From the NCBI GenBank assembly GCA_902628195.1, contig CACOLY010000004.1, positions 183-64,182 on the forward strand: a stretch of 64,000 nucleotides of DNA, read 5' to 3'. Below the pieces are notes generated by a model. It was not told the DNA's origin and ran no database searches. It saw only the letters and a program-made list of their open reading frames with translations. Every line of letters starts with the position of its first letter. The first letter of the stretch is position 1. Below are positions 9,157-19,191 of the stretch, one piece after another. Source of the stretch: an uncultured Pelagibacteraceae bacterium. GTDB taxonomy: Bacteria; Pseudomonadota; Alphaproteobacteria; Pelagibacterales; Pelagibacteraceae. The position numbers and the translations under genes were made by a program.

Positions 9157-9855
9157 TTAAAGTGTTTTCCAATTTTTAAAAGGGGTAACTAAATGCTCCA
9201 TATTCTCAGAATTTTTTGCAGCTATAAAAATATCTGCTGATAATGATATCCTATCGTTATTTTTTACATTTGGTTGAGTTTGATGTGATGTTTTTGAGGG
9301 AAAAATCACTATTTCATCCTCTTTAGCCTCAAAAACTATAGCGCCACTATTTGCTATATTTCTTTTCTTGATGATTTCTTTTTTGTTAGAACTTGGTGAT
9401 AAAAATAAACCAGGTAAAAATTCATTATGTTTAGTTTCGTCTACAAAAAGTAAATTTGCATCTCCTTCACTTTTTTTAAGGTAATACGCAAAAGATAAGT
9501 GAGATTGTAAATGTTTATGTAAAGCAATATTTTCTTTTTCCCTTGAAATTGTAGCCCAAGATCTTTGAATAAACATTTCTAATTGATTATGATCAATCTC
9601 AAGAACATTCAAATATTCTATAATAGCTTTTTTTACTTCTAAAAAAAAATCATCAAATATAGGATTATTGTGAATATATTCAAAACCTTGGGTATCTCCT
9701 GTCCATGCACTTGATTGATTCTTATAATCAATATTTTTACTTTTTTTTTCCATAGTAAAAATTTCTTCGATCATTTGCATTTTTTTTTCATTAGTGAGAT
9801 TAATTTTTGATTTAAAAATTGTTAACGGAAAAAAATTTAAAACTTGTCCCATCAA
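9157..9855 (-). CDS. Putative 2OG-Fe(II) oxygenase (TIGR02466-like)
   Basis: FFPL.IF N-terminus, SWAT, HKHLQSHLSFAYY, FPSKTSH, RISLS. Confidence 0.75.
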   Translation of the reverse strand: MMGQVLNFFPLTIFKSKINLTNEKKMQMIEEIFTMEKKSKNIDYKNQSSAWTGDTQGFEYIHNNPIFDDFFLEVKKAIIEYLNVLEIDHNQLEMFIQRSWATISREKENIALHKHLQSHLSFAYYLKKSEGDANLLFVDETKHNEFLPGLFLSPSSNKKEIIKKRNIANSGAIVFEAKEDEIVIFPSKTSHQTQPNVKNNDRISLSADIFIAAKNSENMEHLVTPFKNWKTL

Positions 9856-10955
9856 AGCACGTAAGGTTCAGGTCTAGCTTTTTTACCCAGAACTCTTTCT
9901 ACAGCCATATTTGAAATATCTATGGACTGATAAGCGCCAGTTGTAATTAATTCTGTTAAAGCTCTTCCTATACCTGGCGCCTGCATCAATCCTCGACCAG
10001 TAAAACCTGTGGCTAAATATACATTATCAAATTTTGGATGTTTACCTACTACTGCATTATTGTCTAATCTATTACAATCATAATAACCAGCCCATCCCCC
10101 TGTCAATTTGAGTTCTTCCATTGCAGGTATTCTTTGCGCCAATGCAGGCCAAACAAGTTCTTCAAAATCATCCCATGCAGGTTCGAGGTCATCAGCATCA
10201 AAAACAGATTTTGGTGATCCAGCTAAATATTCTTTTCCTTCCGGTCTCCAATAAACACCAGTAGTCAAATCACCTGTCAAAGGCATTTCGGGAATATGTT
10301 TTGGACACTTTACTCTAAACACAGTATGTTTTTGAGGCTCAACAGGTATATCTTCTAAAAGTTCTTTAGTCCAACATCCCGCAGCTGAAATAATTGTTTT
10401 TGCTTTTATTTCTGAGAGAGATTTAACTTCTCCTTTAACAAATTCAGCGCCAAGTTCTGCAGCTTTACTTTTTAAGGCACTATGAAACATAAAAGGATCA
10501 ATCCAGCCTTCACTTTTGTTATCAGTAAATGTTGCAGTTTCAATTCCATCACAGTTTATATATGGAAAAAATTTTGTTAATTCGGATCCTTTAATATTTT
10601 TTGTTCCAGCTTCACATGCTTTATGATTTTCCAAAGCTTTGTATTGTTCCGCCGCATGTTCTGGACCAAACATCAATAAATATCCATTTGTAACCATACT
10701 TGCTGTTGGTTTAGGATTTTTTTCAGTTTTAAGCAATTCAGGTATTTGAAAAATAAATTCTCTCGCAAATTTTCCAAGTAAAATATTTTCTTTTTGAAAA
10801 AACTGTCTTCTGAAACCACCAAGCGAAAGTGGAAAAGATGCAGATTTATATGTTGGATCTCTTTCTATTACTTTTACTTTTCTGCCCTCTTTAGACAAAA
10901 AATAAGCTGTTGCAGCTCCAATTATACCACCACCAACAATTACAACATCATCCAT
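9852..10955 (-). CDS. FAD-dependent oxidoreductase, DAO/sarcosine oxidase beta family (FOXRED1-like)
   Basis: GGGIIG Rossmann motif, SLGGFRRQF, WAGYYD, ATGFTGRGLMQAPGIG. Confidence 0.88.
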   Translation of the reverse strand: MDDVVIVGGGIIGAATAYFLSKEGRKVKVIERDPTYKSASFPLSLGGFRRQFFQKENILLGKFAREFIFQIPELLKTEKNPKPTASMVTNGYLLMFGPEHAAEQYKALENHKACEAGTKNIKGSELTKFFPYINCDGIETATFTDNKSEGWIDPFMFHSALKSKAAELGAEFVKGEVKSLSEIKAKTIISAAGCWTKELLEDIPVEPQKHTVFRVKCPKHIPEMPLTGDLTTGVYWRPEGKEYLAGSPKSVFDADDLEPAWDDFEELVWPALAQRIPAMEELKLTGGWAGYYDCNRLDNNAVVGKHPKFDNVYLATGFTGRGLMQAPGIGRALTELITTGAYQSIDISNMAVERVLGKKARPEPYVL

Positions 10956-11423
10956 TTAATTTAATATAAATAAGTTAAAATTCAGAAATAGTGCATAGCA
11001 ACACCAAAGTAAATAGGGAATCATTAGATAATAACTTATAAAATTGACACGTTTAAACCTTATAATAAGAATGATTATTAAAGAAATCAGAATCATCAAA
11101 ACTACTAATGCTAAAAATATTTGATGAAAAGCAAAGAAGACAATACTCCAAGTTGTATTAAAAATTATATGAATAAAATAAATATAAACTGTATTCATGT
11201 CTCGATTCTTTGAATGCCAAAAAAACCAAATGGCTAATGTCATCATCAAATACAAAGTAGTCCAGACAGGAGCAAAAACCCAATCAGGTGGATTAAAATT
11301 TGATTTTATAAGCTGTGAATACCAAGGTTCTTTAAAACTAATTGTCGCCATTCCCCCAATAAATGATGCTGAATAAGTAATAATGAAGAATAGAAAAAAC
11401 GATATAAATTTATTTTTTAACAT
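10956..11423 (-). CDS. tspO: TspO/MBR tryptophan-rich sensory protein (likely start MLKNK at 11423; ORF extends to 11441)
   Basis: WY..L.K..FNPP.WVFAPVWT.LY, N..WS.VFF, PYLLW..YA. Confidence 0.92.
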   Translation of the reverse strand: MLKNKFISFFLFFIITYSASFIGGMATISFKEPWYSQLIKSNFNPPDWVFAPVWTTLYLMMTLAIWFFWHSKNRDMNTVYIYFIHIIFNTTWSIVFFAFHQIFLALVVLMILISLIIILIIRFKRVNFISYYLMIPYLLWCCYALFLNFNLFILN

Positions 11424-11447
11424 TATAGTATTATACATCACTATAAA

Positions 11448-12215
11448 ATGAATAAAAAAACTATTTGGATAACAGGTGGAAGCACGGGTATTGGCAAGGC
11501 TTTAGCAGTAAAATTTGCTAGTAAAGGATGGAATGTTGCAATTTCAGCAAGAAGAGAAAATCTACTTAAAGAGATTTCAGATAATAATGAAAATATTCAT
11601 GGATTTCCATTAGATGTAACTGACAAAAAAAGATGTAAAGAAGTTTTTGAACAAATAAGAAATAAATTTCAAAGTGTTGATGTATGTTTTTTTTCTACAG
11701 GAACATGGAATCCAAAAAAAGAAAAAGATATTGATGTTGAACAAATAGAAGATGTATTTAAAGTAAATTTTTTTGGAACATTAAACAGTATCAAGGCTGT
11801 AGAAGAATATTTTAAAAATAAGAAAGAGGGTATCATCACAATTGTTTCATCTATTGCTGGATATAGAGGTTTACCAAATTCAACTGGTTATGGACCCTCA
11901 AAATCAGCATTAAATAATTTAGCAGAAAGTTTATATTTTGATTTTAAAAGATCTAATGTACGAGTTTGCCTTGTATCACCAGGATTTATTAAAACTCCAA
12001 TGACTGATAAAAATGATTTTAAGATGCCTTTTTTAAAAACTACAGACTATGCAGCTGAAAAAATATATGACGGTTTGATAAATAAGAGCGTTTTTGAAAT
12101 TCATTTTCCAAAATCTCTTACTATCATACTTAAAATACTTAGTTTTTTACCAAGTAAAATTTATTTTGCTTTAGTTAGTAAGATGACCAAATATCAAAAA
12201 AAGACTAGTCTTTAA
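11448..12215 (+). CDS. Short-chain dehydrogenase/reductase
   Basis: TGGSTGIG, VSSIAG, YGPSK (YxxxK), SPGFIKTPMT. Confidence 0.92.
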   Translation: MNKKTIWITGGSTGIGKALAVKFASKGWNVAISARRENLLKEISDNNENIHGFPLDVTDKKRCKEVFEQIRNKFQSVDVCFFSTGTWNPKKEKDIDVEQIEDVFKVNFFGTLNSIKAVEEYFKNKKEGIITIVSSIAGYRGLPNSTGYGPSKSALNNLAESLYFDFKRSNVRVCLVSPGFIKTPMTDKNDFKMPFLKTTDYAAEKIYDGLINKSVFEIHFPKSLTIILKILSFLPSKIYFALVSKMTKYQKKTSL

Positions 12216-12753
12216 CAAAGACAACTGTCAATTCAGCAACTTTAAAACCAAATTTAGTCATGGTTGCTTTATTAATTGCAACACGTTCATCTTGTTTGAA
12301 TATCCAATCATCAAATGTAATTTTCATTTCTTTTCCTTTAACTGGAACTAAAAGAACATACTCAAACTTAAATGCTGGTCCATAGGAGTAGCCTTTTGCT
12401 TTTCCAACAACATCACCTGCAGTGCCTTCATAATTATTTTCATCAATTTTATTTATTTGCCATTGTCTGTTTTGAATTTCACCGTCATCCCAATTAAATA
12501 TTTCGTCAAGAATAAGTTGTTTTCCATCCCATTTTCCATTTAAGTCAGCGGAAAACTGTCTTATAACTTTACCAGATCTATTTTGGAGCACACCCCATGC
12601 CTTTACATTTCCTGACAAATATTCCTCAATAATTAATCTAGGTTCTTTATTTTTAAAATCTTCTGGTTTCATAGAGATGTTTTTAGAACAACTTGTAATT
12701 AAGAATAACGAAATTATCAATAAAATTGATTGGATAGATCTTATGTCACGCAT
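12205..12753 (-). CDS. DUF3833 family lipoprotein
   Basis: Lipobox-like LITSC; EEY..G...AWG, L.LDE.F, Y.GTAGDV.G.A, TFDDW motifs. Confidence 0.85.
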   Translation of the reverse strand: MRDIRSIQSILLIISLFLITSCSKNISMKPEDFKNKEPRLIIEEYLSGNVKAWGVLQNRSGKVIRQFSADLNGKWDGKQLILDEIFNWDDGEIQNRQWQINKIDENNYEGTAGDVVGKAKGYSYGPAFKFEYVLLVPVKGKEMKITFDDWIFKQDERVAINKATMTKFGFKVAELTVVFVKD

Positions 12754-12766
12754 TTATTTCCTTTGG

Positions 12767-13945
12767 TTATTTATTTTGAATTGAAAATTGTATTAGATCG
12801 ATATTTTTTGATTTAAAACCAGCTTCACAGTAGCATAAATAAAATTCCCACATTCTTTTAAAAGTTAAATCGAAACCATGATTTTTAATTTTATCCCATT
12901 TTTTATTAAATTCATTTCTCCATAAAGTTAATGTGCTAGAGTAATGATCTGCATAGGAATCATATGATTTTATGCTCAAATCGTTATCTGATACATATTT
13001 ATTTATACTGTTTTTACTTGGAAGGAATCCTCCTGGAAAAATGTATTTTTGAATAAAGTCTTGTTTTTTTTTATATCTATCAAATAAACTATCGTCTATT
13101 GTAATCGCTTGAATAGCAGCAGTACCACTGTGAGCTAAATTTTCTTTAATAGTTTTAAAATAATTTTGTAAATAATTTTGTCCAACTGCTTCTATCATTT
13201 CAATTGAGGCAATGGAGTTATACTTATCTTTTAAATCTCTGTAATCTTTTATTTGAATATTTACTTTTTCATTTAAACCACATTTATAAATTCTTTCTTT
13301 TGCATATTCGTACTGTTTTTTAGAAATAGTGATGCAATCTAACTTTACATCGTATTTTTTTCCTAAATATTCGGCAAACCCTCCCCAACCACATCCGATC
13401 TCCAAAACTTTATCTCCATTCTTAGGTTTGATTAAATTAATTAATTTTTGATATTTATTGTTTTGGGCGTCAGATAAATTTTGATTTTTTTCTTCAAAAA
13501 TTGCGCTTGAGTATGTGAGCGTTTTATCTAACCAAAGTGAAAAAAATTCATTTCCTAAGTCATAATGTTTTGCTATGTTTTCTTTACTTCTATTTTTTGT
13601 ATTTTTTATTAAGACATTTTTAAAAAAATTTATTATTGGTAAATCTAATAATCCTGAAAATTTATAAATTATCTTTATATTTCTGGCAGTGATTTCAATT
13701 AAATTTGATAAATTATTTGTTTCAAATTCATCTCTCATATATGACTCAGCAAAACCAATACTCCCACCTTTAATTAAATTAAACGTAAAGTTAGGTTTCT
13801 TTATTTTTATATAAGCCTTTAAAGAATGTTTAGGATTTCCAAATCTTATAAATTTACCATCTAATTTTTTTATTTCTAAATATCCATTATTAATTTCTTG
13901 TAAAATCTTAAATACTATTTTATCCGAAATACTGTACAAATTCAT
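12767..13945 (-). CDS. cfa: SAM-dependent fatty-acid methyltransferase, cyclopropane fatty acyl synthase family (UfaM-like)
   Basis: NIAKHYDLGNEFF, TYSSA, VLEIGCGWG, SIEMIEAVG, YIFPGG, MWEFYL.YCEAGF. Confidence 0.93.
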   Translation of the reverse strand: MNLYSISDKIVFKILQEINNGYLEIKKLDGKFIRFGNPKHSLKAYIKIKKPNFTFNLIKGGSIGFAESYMRDEFETNNLSNLIEITARNIKIIYKFSGLLDLPIINFFKNVLIKNTKNRSKENIAKHYDLGNEFFSLWLDKTLTYSSAIFEEKNQNLSDAQNNKYQKLINLIKPKNGDKVLEIGCGWGGFAEYLGKKYDVKLDCITISKKQYEYAKERIYKCGLNEKVNIQIKDYRDLKDKYNSIASIEMIEAVGQNYLQNYFKTIKENLAHSGTAAIQAITIDDSLFDRYKKKQDFIQKYIFPGGFLPSKNSINKYVSDNDLSIKSYDSYADHYSSTLTLWRNEFNKKWDKIKNHGFDLTFKRMWEFYLCYCEAGFKSKNIDLIQFSIQNK

Positions 13946-14703
13946 TAATTCTCAAAAGTAATATTATTTTTAATTTTTAATTTTTTCTTTATAAATTTTA
14001 TTCCTTTAGTCCACAATTTAAACGCTTCAAAATGTATCGCTGAAATAATTTTAAATGTCATTAATGGATGTTTTAAATACGATTTCATTAATTCTGCACT
14101 TGTGAGATCTGCTCTTTTACCATCTTGAGAAGCAAATAGTATTTTCTCACTTGATTGATATTGATCAATTATGACTGATATTTTTTCTGAAGGTTTTAAT
14201 ATTCTAAAAAAATAATTACAATTCATTTCAATAAATGGTGAAACATGAAATTTTTTTTCACAATTATGTTGTAAAAGATTATCATTTTCAATTTTAAAAA
14301 TATAAGTATGCTGTTCTCCAAATGTATTTTTAACCTCATATAATATTGAAATTAACTTTTCATTATTATTATAAATATAAAAAACACTTAAAGGATTAAA
14401 TACATAACCTAAAATTCTTGGATAGCATAAAAGTCTAATCTTAATTTCTTCAGCATCTATATTGTTTTCTCTTAAATTTTTTTTTACCCACTCAATAAGA
14501 GATGTTCCATCTCTCTCACCGTGATCTTTATCAAAAAAACTAATAAGGTTAAATCTATTGTAAGAAAAGAAATTAATTTTTTTATCTAAAGTACTTAATT
14601 CTGATAAATCAATTAAAAGTGAAAATACTTTATATCTAAAAAAATGTATCCTTGGTTTGAATCTTTTGTGAACAACTGTACCGTTATAAATTGAACTAAT
14701 CAT
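13945..14703 (-). CDS. DUF1365 family protein (UfaO-like)
   Basis: G.V.H.RF.P..H.F.Y, PRILGYVFNPLS, YEV.NTFGE.H.Y, K.FHVSPF, I...IH.EA..LW.KG. Confidence 0.9.
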   Translation of the reverse strand: MISSIYNGTVVHKRFKPRIHFFRYKVFSLLIDLSELSTLDKKINFFSYNRFNLISFFDKDHGERDGTSLIEWVKKNLRENNIDAEEIKIRLLCYPRILGYVFNPLSVFYIYNNNEKLISILYEVKNTFGEQHTYIFKIENDNLLQHNCEKKFHVSPFIEMNCNYFFRILKPSEKISVIIDQYQSSEKILFASQDGKRADLTSAELMKSYLKHPLMTFKIISAIHFEAFKLWTKGIKFIKKKLKIKNNITFEN

Positions 14704-15934
14704 TAAGGTTTTTTAGCATTTCAATAGATGATTTTATTCCATCTTCATGAAAACCGTAACCAAAATAACTACCACAAAAAAGAATATTTCTTTTATTTTG
14801 TAAATTATTAAGTTTGCTCTGATGATCTAGCGCTAACTGATCAAAGTATGGATGGGTAAATCTTACTTTTTTTAGTATCTTTGATTGATCTATTTCATAA
14901 TAGGGATTTAAAGTAAGAAATATATTATCATCACATTTTAAATTTTGTAATAAATTTAACCAGTATGTGATTGAACTTTTTTCAATCTCATCTTTTTTTA
15001 AAGATGAATTCCATGAACTCCACGTTTTTTTATTTTTAGGCATTGCTTTCTTGTCTGTGTGAATATAAGCAACATTTTCTCTATAACTAAACTTTGATAA
15101 AATTTCTTTTTCCTCATTAGTTGGATTATCAATTAATGACAGTGCTTCATCAGCATGTGTTGCTATAACAACTTTATCATAATTAAAAAACTCGCTTTCT
15201 CCACCATAAAATAAATCTATACCTGAGGATTTACTTTTGATTTTGTTAACAGCATAATTTTTAAAATGTTCTCCACTTATCTTTGAAAGAATATTTTGCA
15301 CATAAGATCTACTTCTGTTTTTAATTGTGTACCATTGAGGTCTATTTTTTAATTTAAATAATCCATGATTTTGAAAAAATTTTAAAAAAAAATTTAATGG
15401 CATTTGATTTGCTTCGTAAGGAGGCATAGACCAAATAGCAGAAACCATAGGAATTAAGTGGTAATTTATAAATTCTTTTGAGAGTTTTTCTTTCTCTAAA
15501 AAATTACCAAGTGTTACATTTTCATTAAACGTATCAAAAGTATCACACTTTTTGTAAAATTGAATTATATCATAAAACATTCTTAAGAATTTAGGATTAA
15601 ATAAATTAGATCTGTTTGCAAATATGCCATTTAATCCTTTGCCACAATACTCAAACATTGTATTTCTTAATGAAACAGAGAAAGACATATCGCTTTTTTC
15701 TAATTCAATTTTATTTTCATTAAAAAATTTAACTAAATTTGGATATGTTCTAAAATTAAAAACAATAAATCCAATATCTACAGCAACTTTTTTAGTACCA
15801 ATGTTTAGATCTATTGTATGTGAATGACCTCCAAAATGATTTCCTTTTTCAAATAAATCAACATGATGATTTTTTGATAAATAATATGCAGCACTTAAAC
15901 CTGAGATTCCTGAGCCAACAACAGCAATTTTCAT
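14696..15934 (-). CDS. FAD/NAD-binding amine-oxidase-family protein (UfaD-like desaturase)
   Basis: KIAVVGSGISGL, GGHSHT, VDIGFIVFN..TYPNL, MSFSVS, W.SWN, CGSYFGYGFHEDG. Confidence 0.9.
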   Translation of the reverse strand: MKIAVVGSGISGLSAAYYLSKNHHVDLFEKGNHFGGHSHTIDLNIGTKKVAVDIGFIVFNFRTYPNLVKFFNENKIELEKSDMSFSVSLRNTMFEYCGKGLNGIFANRSNLFNPKFLRMFYDIIQFYKKCDTFDTFNENVTLGNFLEKEKLSKEFINYHLIPMVSAIWSMPPYEANQMPLNFFLKFFQNHGLFKLKNRPQWYTIKNRSRSYVQNILSKISGEHFKNYAVNKIKSKSSGIDLFYGGESEFFNYDKVVIATHADEALSLIDNPTNEEKEILSKFSYRENVAYIHTDKKAMPKNKKTWSSWNSSLKKDEIEKSSITYWLNLLQNLKCDDNIFLTLNPYYEIDQSKILKKVRFTHPYFDQLALDHQSKLNNLQNKRNILFCGSYFGYGFHEDGIKSSIEMLKNLND

Positions 15935-15940
15935 TAATTG

Positions 15941-18811
15941 CTATGCTGCATCCTCTTTGAATTCATCCATACTTGGACATGTACAAAAAATATTTTTATC
16001 ACCATATACGTTGTCTACTCTTGCAACTGGTGGCCAAAATTTATTAGCTTTTAAAAATTTAGCTGGATAAGCTGCTTCTTGTCTCGTGTATTTGTGTTCC
16101 CAATTATCAGATGCAAGCTCAGAGTCTGTATGAGGAGCATTTTTTATTGGATTATCAACTTTATCAAATTCACCAGATTTAATCTTATCTATCTCTTGTT
16201 TAATCTTTATTAAAGTATCGCAAAATCTATCGAGCTCCGACAAACCTTCACTTTCAGTTGGCTCTATCATCATAGTGCCAGCTACAGGCCATGACATAGT
16301 CGGTGCATGAAATCCAAAATCTATTAATCTTTTTGCGATATCTTCTTCTGTTACTCCTGTTTCTGATTTAATATTTCTAATATCTATAATACATTCGTGT
16401 GCAACATTGCCATTTGAACCTTTGTACAAAATTGGGAAGTGATCTTTTAGTCTATGAGCAATATAATTCGCGTTTAATATTGCAACTTGAGTAGCAAGCT
16501 TTAATCCTGCTGATCCCATCATTTTAATGTACATCCAAGAGATCGAAAGAATACTTGAACTACCCCAAGGAGCTGCTGAAACGGCTCCAATTCCAGTCGT
16601 TGGTCCACAATCTTTTATTACTGGATGATTAGGCAGATAGACTTGTAAATGTTTTTTACAAGCAATAGGTCCCATTCCAGGTCCTCCTCCGCCATGAGGA
16701 ATACAGAATGTTTTATGTAAATTAATATGACAAACGTCTGGACCAAAATTTCCAGGCTTTGCAACTCCAACTAAGGCGTTTAAATTTGCTCCATCCATGT
16801 AGACTTGGCCACCATGTTTATGAACTAACTCACAAATGTCACTTATTTTTTCCTCAAAAACTCCATGAGTAGATGGATAAGTTACCATTAATGCCCCAAG
16901 GTTTTCAGAATGTTGCTCTGCTTTTTTCTTTAAATCATGAAAATCAACATTTCCCTCTTTATCACAATTTATGACAACTACTTTCATTCCAACCATTTGT
17001 GCACTTGCTGGGTTAGTGCCATGTGCTGAACTTGGTATCAAACATATATTACGATTAGCCTCACCTCTATCTAAGTGATACTTTCTGATAACCATTAAAC
17101 CTGCATATTCACCTTGAGCACCTGCATTAGGTTGTAAAGAAACACCTGAAAAACCAGTTATTGATCGCAACCAATTTTTTAGATCAGTAAATAAATCTCT
17201 AAACCCTTCCATTTGTTCAATTGGAACAAACGGATGAGGCTGTGCAAATTCTTTCCAAGAAATTGGTATCATTTCTGCAGCAGCATTTAACTTCATTGTA
17301 CATGAGCCAAGTGCTATCATAGTTCTATTTAATGCTATATCCTTATCCTCTAATCTTTTTAAATACCTTAACATTTCAGTTTCTGAATGATATAAATTGA
17401 AAACTGGGTGTTCCAAATATTTTGAAGTTCTTAATAAATTTTTTGGTAAATTGGGTAAACTTACTGAAGGATCCTCTTTTTTGATTGATTCTGCTGCATT
17501 AAAAATTTTTAATAATTGATTTACTCTATAAACATTTTTTCTCTCATCAAAAGAAACTGCAAGCATTTCGGAATTTACTTTTCTTATATTTACTTTTTGA
17601 TTTAAAGCATTTTTATAAATTTGATCAGTCTTTTCTTTGGTAATAATTGTAACAGTATCAAAAAAATAATTGGAGTAAAGTTCATATCCAGATTGTTTTA
17701 TTTTATCAGCAAAACTTTTTGCTAATTGAGAAACTCTTTCAGAAATATTTTTTATTCCTTCTGGACCATGATAAATAGCATATGCTGCTGAAACAATTGC
17801 TAATAAAGCCTGAGCAGTACAAATATTACTTGTCGCTTTATCTCTTCTGATATGTTGCTCTCTGGTTTGTAAGGATAATCTATAGGCCTTATTTCCATGT
17901 CTATCAACTGATACACCGACAATCCTTCCAGGCATTGATCTTTTGTACTCATCCTTTGTTGCAAAAAAAGCTGCGTGTGGACCTCCATATCCCATTGGAA
18001 TACCAAATCTTTGGGAGCTTCCAACTGCAATGTCGGCACCAAGCTCTCTTGGTGTTTTAAGTTTTGCCAATGCTAACAAATCACAAGCTAATACAGCCTT
18101 ACCATTCTTTTTGTGGATTTTACTAATTGCTTCACTTGGGTCCTTAATATCTCCTAAAGTTCCAGGGTATTGTAAAATCCCACAAACTAAATCTTCCTTT
18201 AACTGGTCTAAAACCTCATTTTCTTTACCAACTAAAACTTTTAACCCCATTGGTTCTGCTCTTGTTTGAATTACATTTATTGTTTGAGGATGACAGTCCT
18301 CAGAAACAAAAACTAAATTACTCTCTTTTTTATTTAATCTGTGACTTAGTCCCATGGCCTCTGCTGCTGCTGTGCCTTCATCTAACAAAGAGGCATTAGC
18401 AATATCCATTCCTGTAAAGTCAACGATCATTTGTTGAAAGTTCAATAACATCTCAAGTCTTCCTTGAGCTACCTCAGGCTGATAAGGTGTATAAGAAGTA
18501 TACCAGCCTGGATTTTCTAATATATTTCTTAAAATTACGTACGGTGTATAAGTTCCATAATAACCCATACCAATAAAATTTGAGTAAACTTTGTTTTTCT
18601 TTGAAATTGATCTTAATTTTCTTAGCGCCTCATATTCAGAATTCGACTCACCGATATTTAGTTCACCTTTAAACAGTATTTTTTCTGGAACAGTGCTGTC
18701 AATTAAGTCATCTAGTGACTGATAATTTAATTCTTTTAACATTTTTAATTGGTCTTCTTTAGAGGGTCCAATGTGTCTTTTTAAAAAATCTTTTTCAGAA
18801 TTAGGTAACAT
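15941..18811 (-). CDS. gcvP: Glycine dehydrogenase (decarboxylating), glycine cleavage P protein
   Basis: F..RHIGP, YTPYQPE.AQGRLE, TSNICTAQALLA, HINLHKTFCIPHGGGGPG, APTMSWPV..TMMIEPTESE. Confidence 0.98.
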   Translation of the reverse strand: MLPNSEKDFLKRHIGPSKEDQLKMLKELNYQSLDDLIDSTVPEKILFKGELNIGESNSEYEALRKLRSISKKNKVYSNFIGMGYYGTYTPYVILRNILENPGWYTSYTPYQPEVAQGRLEMLLNFQQMIVDFTGMDIANASLLDEGTAAAEAMGLSHRLNKKESNLVFVSEDCHPQTINVIQTRAEPMGLKVLVGKENEVLDQLKEDLVCGILQYPGTLGDIKDPSEAISKIHKKNGKAVLACDLLALAKLKTPRELGADIAVGSSQRFGIPMGYGGPHAAFFATKDEYKRSMPGRIVGVSVDRHGNKAYRLSLQTREQHIRRDKATSNICTAQALLAIVSAAYAIYHGPEGIKNISERVSQLAKSFADKIKQSGYELYSNYFFDTVTIITKEKTDQIYKNALNQKVNIRKVNSEMLAVSFDERKNVYRVNQLLKIFNAAESIKKEDPSVSLPNLPKNLLRTSKYLEHPVFNLYHSETEMLRYLKRLEDKDIALNRTMIALGSCTMKLNAAAEMIPISWKEFAQPHPFVPIEQMEGFRDLFTDLKNWLRSITGFSGVSLQPNAGAQGEYAGLMVIRKYHLDRGEANRNICLIPSSAHGTNPASAQMVGMKVVVINCDKEGNVDFHDLKKKAEQHSENLGALMVTYPSTHGVFEEKISDICELVHKHGGQVYMDGANLNALVGVAKPGNFGPDVCHINLHKTFCIPHGGGGPGMGPIACKKHLQVYLPNHPVIKDCGPTTGIGAVSAAPWGSSSILSISWMYIKMMGSAGLKLATQVAILNANYIAHRLKDHFPILYKGSNGNVAHECIIDIRNIKSETGVTEEDIAKRLIDFGFHAPTMSWPVAGTMMIEPTESEGLSELDRFCDTLIKIKQEIDKIKSGEFDKVDNPIKNAPHTDSELASDNWEHKYTRQEAAYPAKFLKANKFWPPVARVDNVYGDKNIFCTCPSMDEFKEDAA

Positions 18812-19191
18812 TATGCTGACGTCTCCTTTGCAAATTTATCGTAATCATCTTTATTCATTAATGTGTCCATTTCAGATGGATCTTTTATTTTAAGTTTAAA
18901 AAACCATGCTGAGTTCTCAGGATCTTGATTAATTTTTGATGGATCATCTACTATGGCTTGATTTGTATCAACTATTTCACCACTAACAGGAGTGTATACA
19001 TCACTAGCTGCTTTCGTCGACTCTACAACTCCAGCTGTTCCATCTTTTTCTACACTAGAGCCTTTTTCAGGCAACTCTGCAAACACTATATCTCCTAACA
19101 TCTCCGTTGCATGCTTTGTTATACCAATGGTTGCAACATCGCCCTCTAATTTTATCCATTCATGTTCTTTTGAGTATTTTACTTCACTCAT
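18811..19191 (-). CDS. gcvH: Glycine cleavage H protein
   Basis: [29 protein letters not shown] (lipoyl-Lys). Confidence 0.97.
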   Translation of the reverse strand: MSEVKYSKEHEWIKLEGDVATIGITKHATEMLGDIVFAELPEKGSSVEKDGTAGVVESTKAASDVYTPVSGEIVDTNQAIVDDPSKINQDPENSAWFFKLKIKDPSEMDTLMNKDDYDKFAKETSA

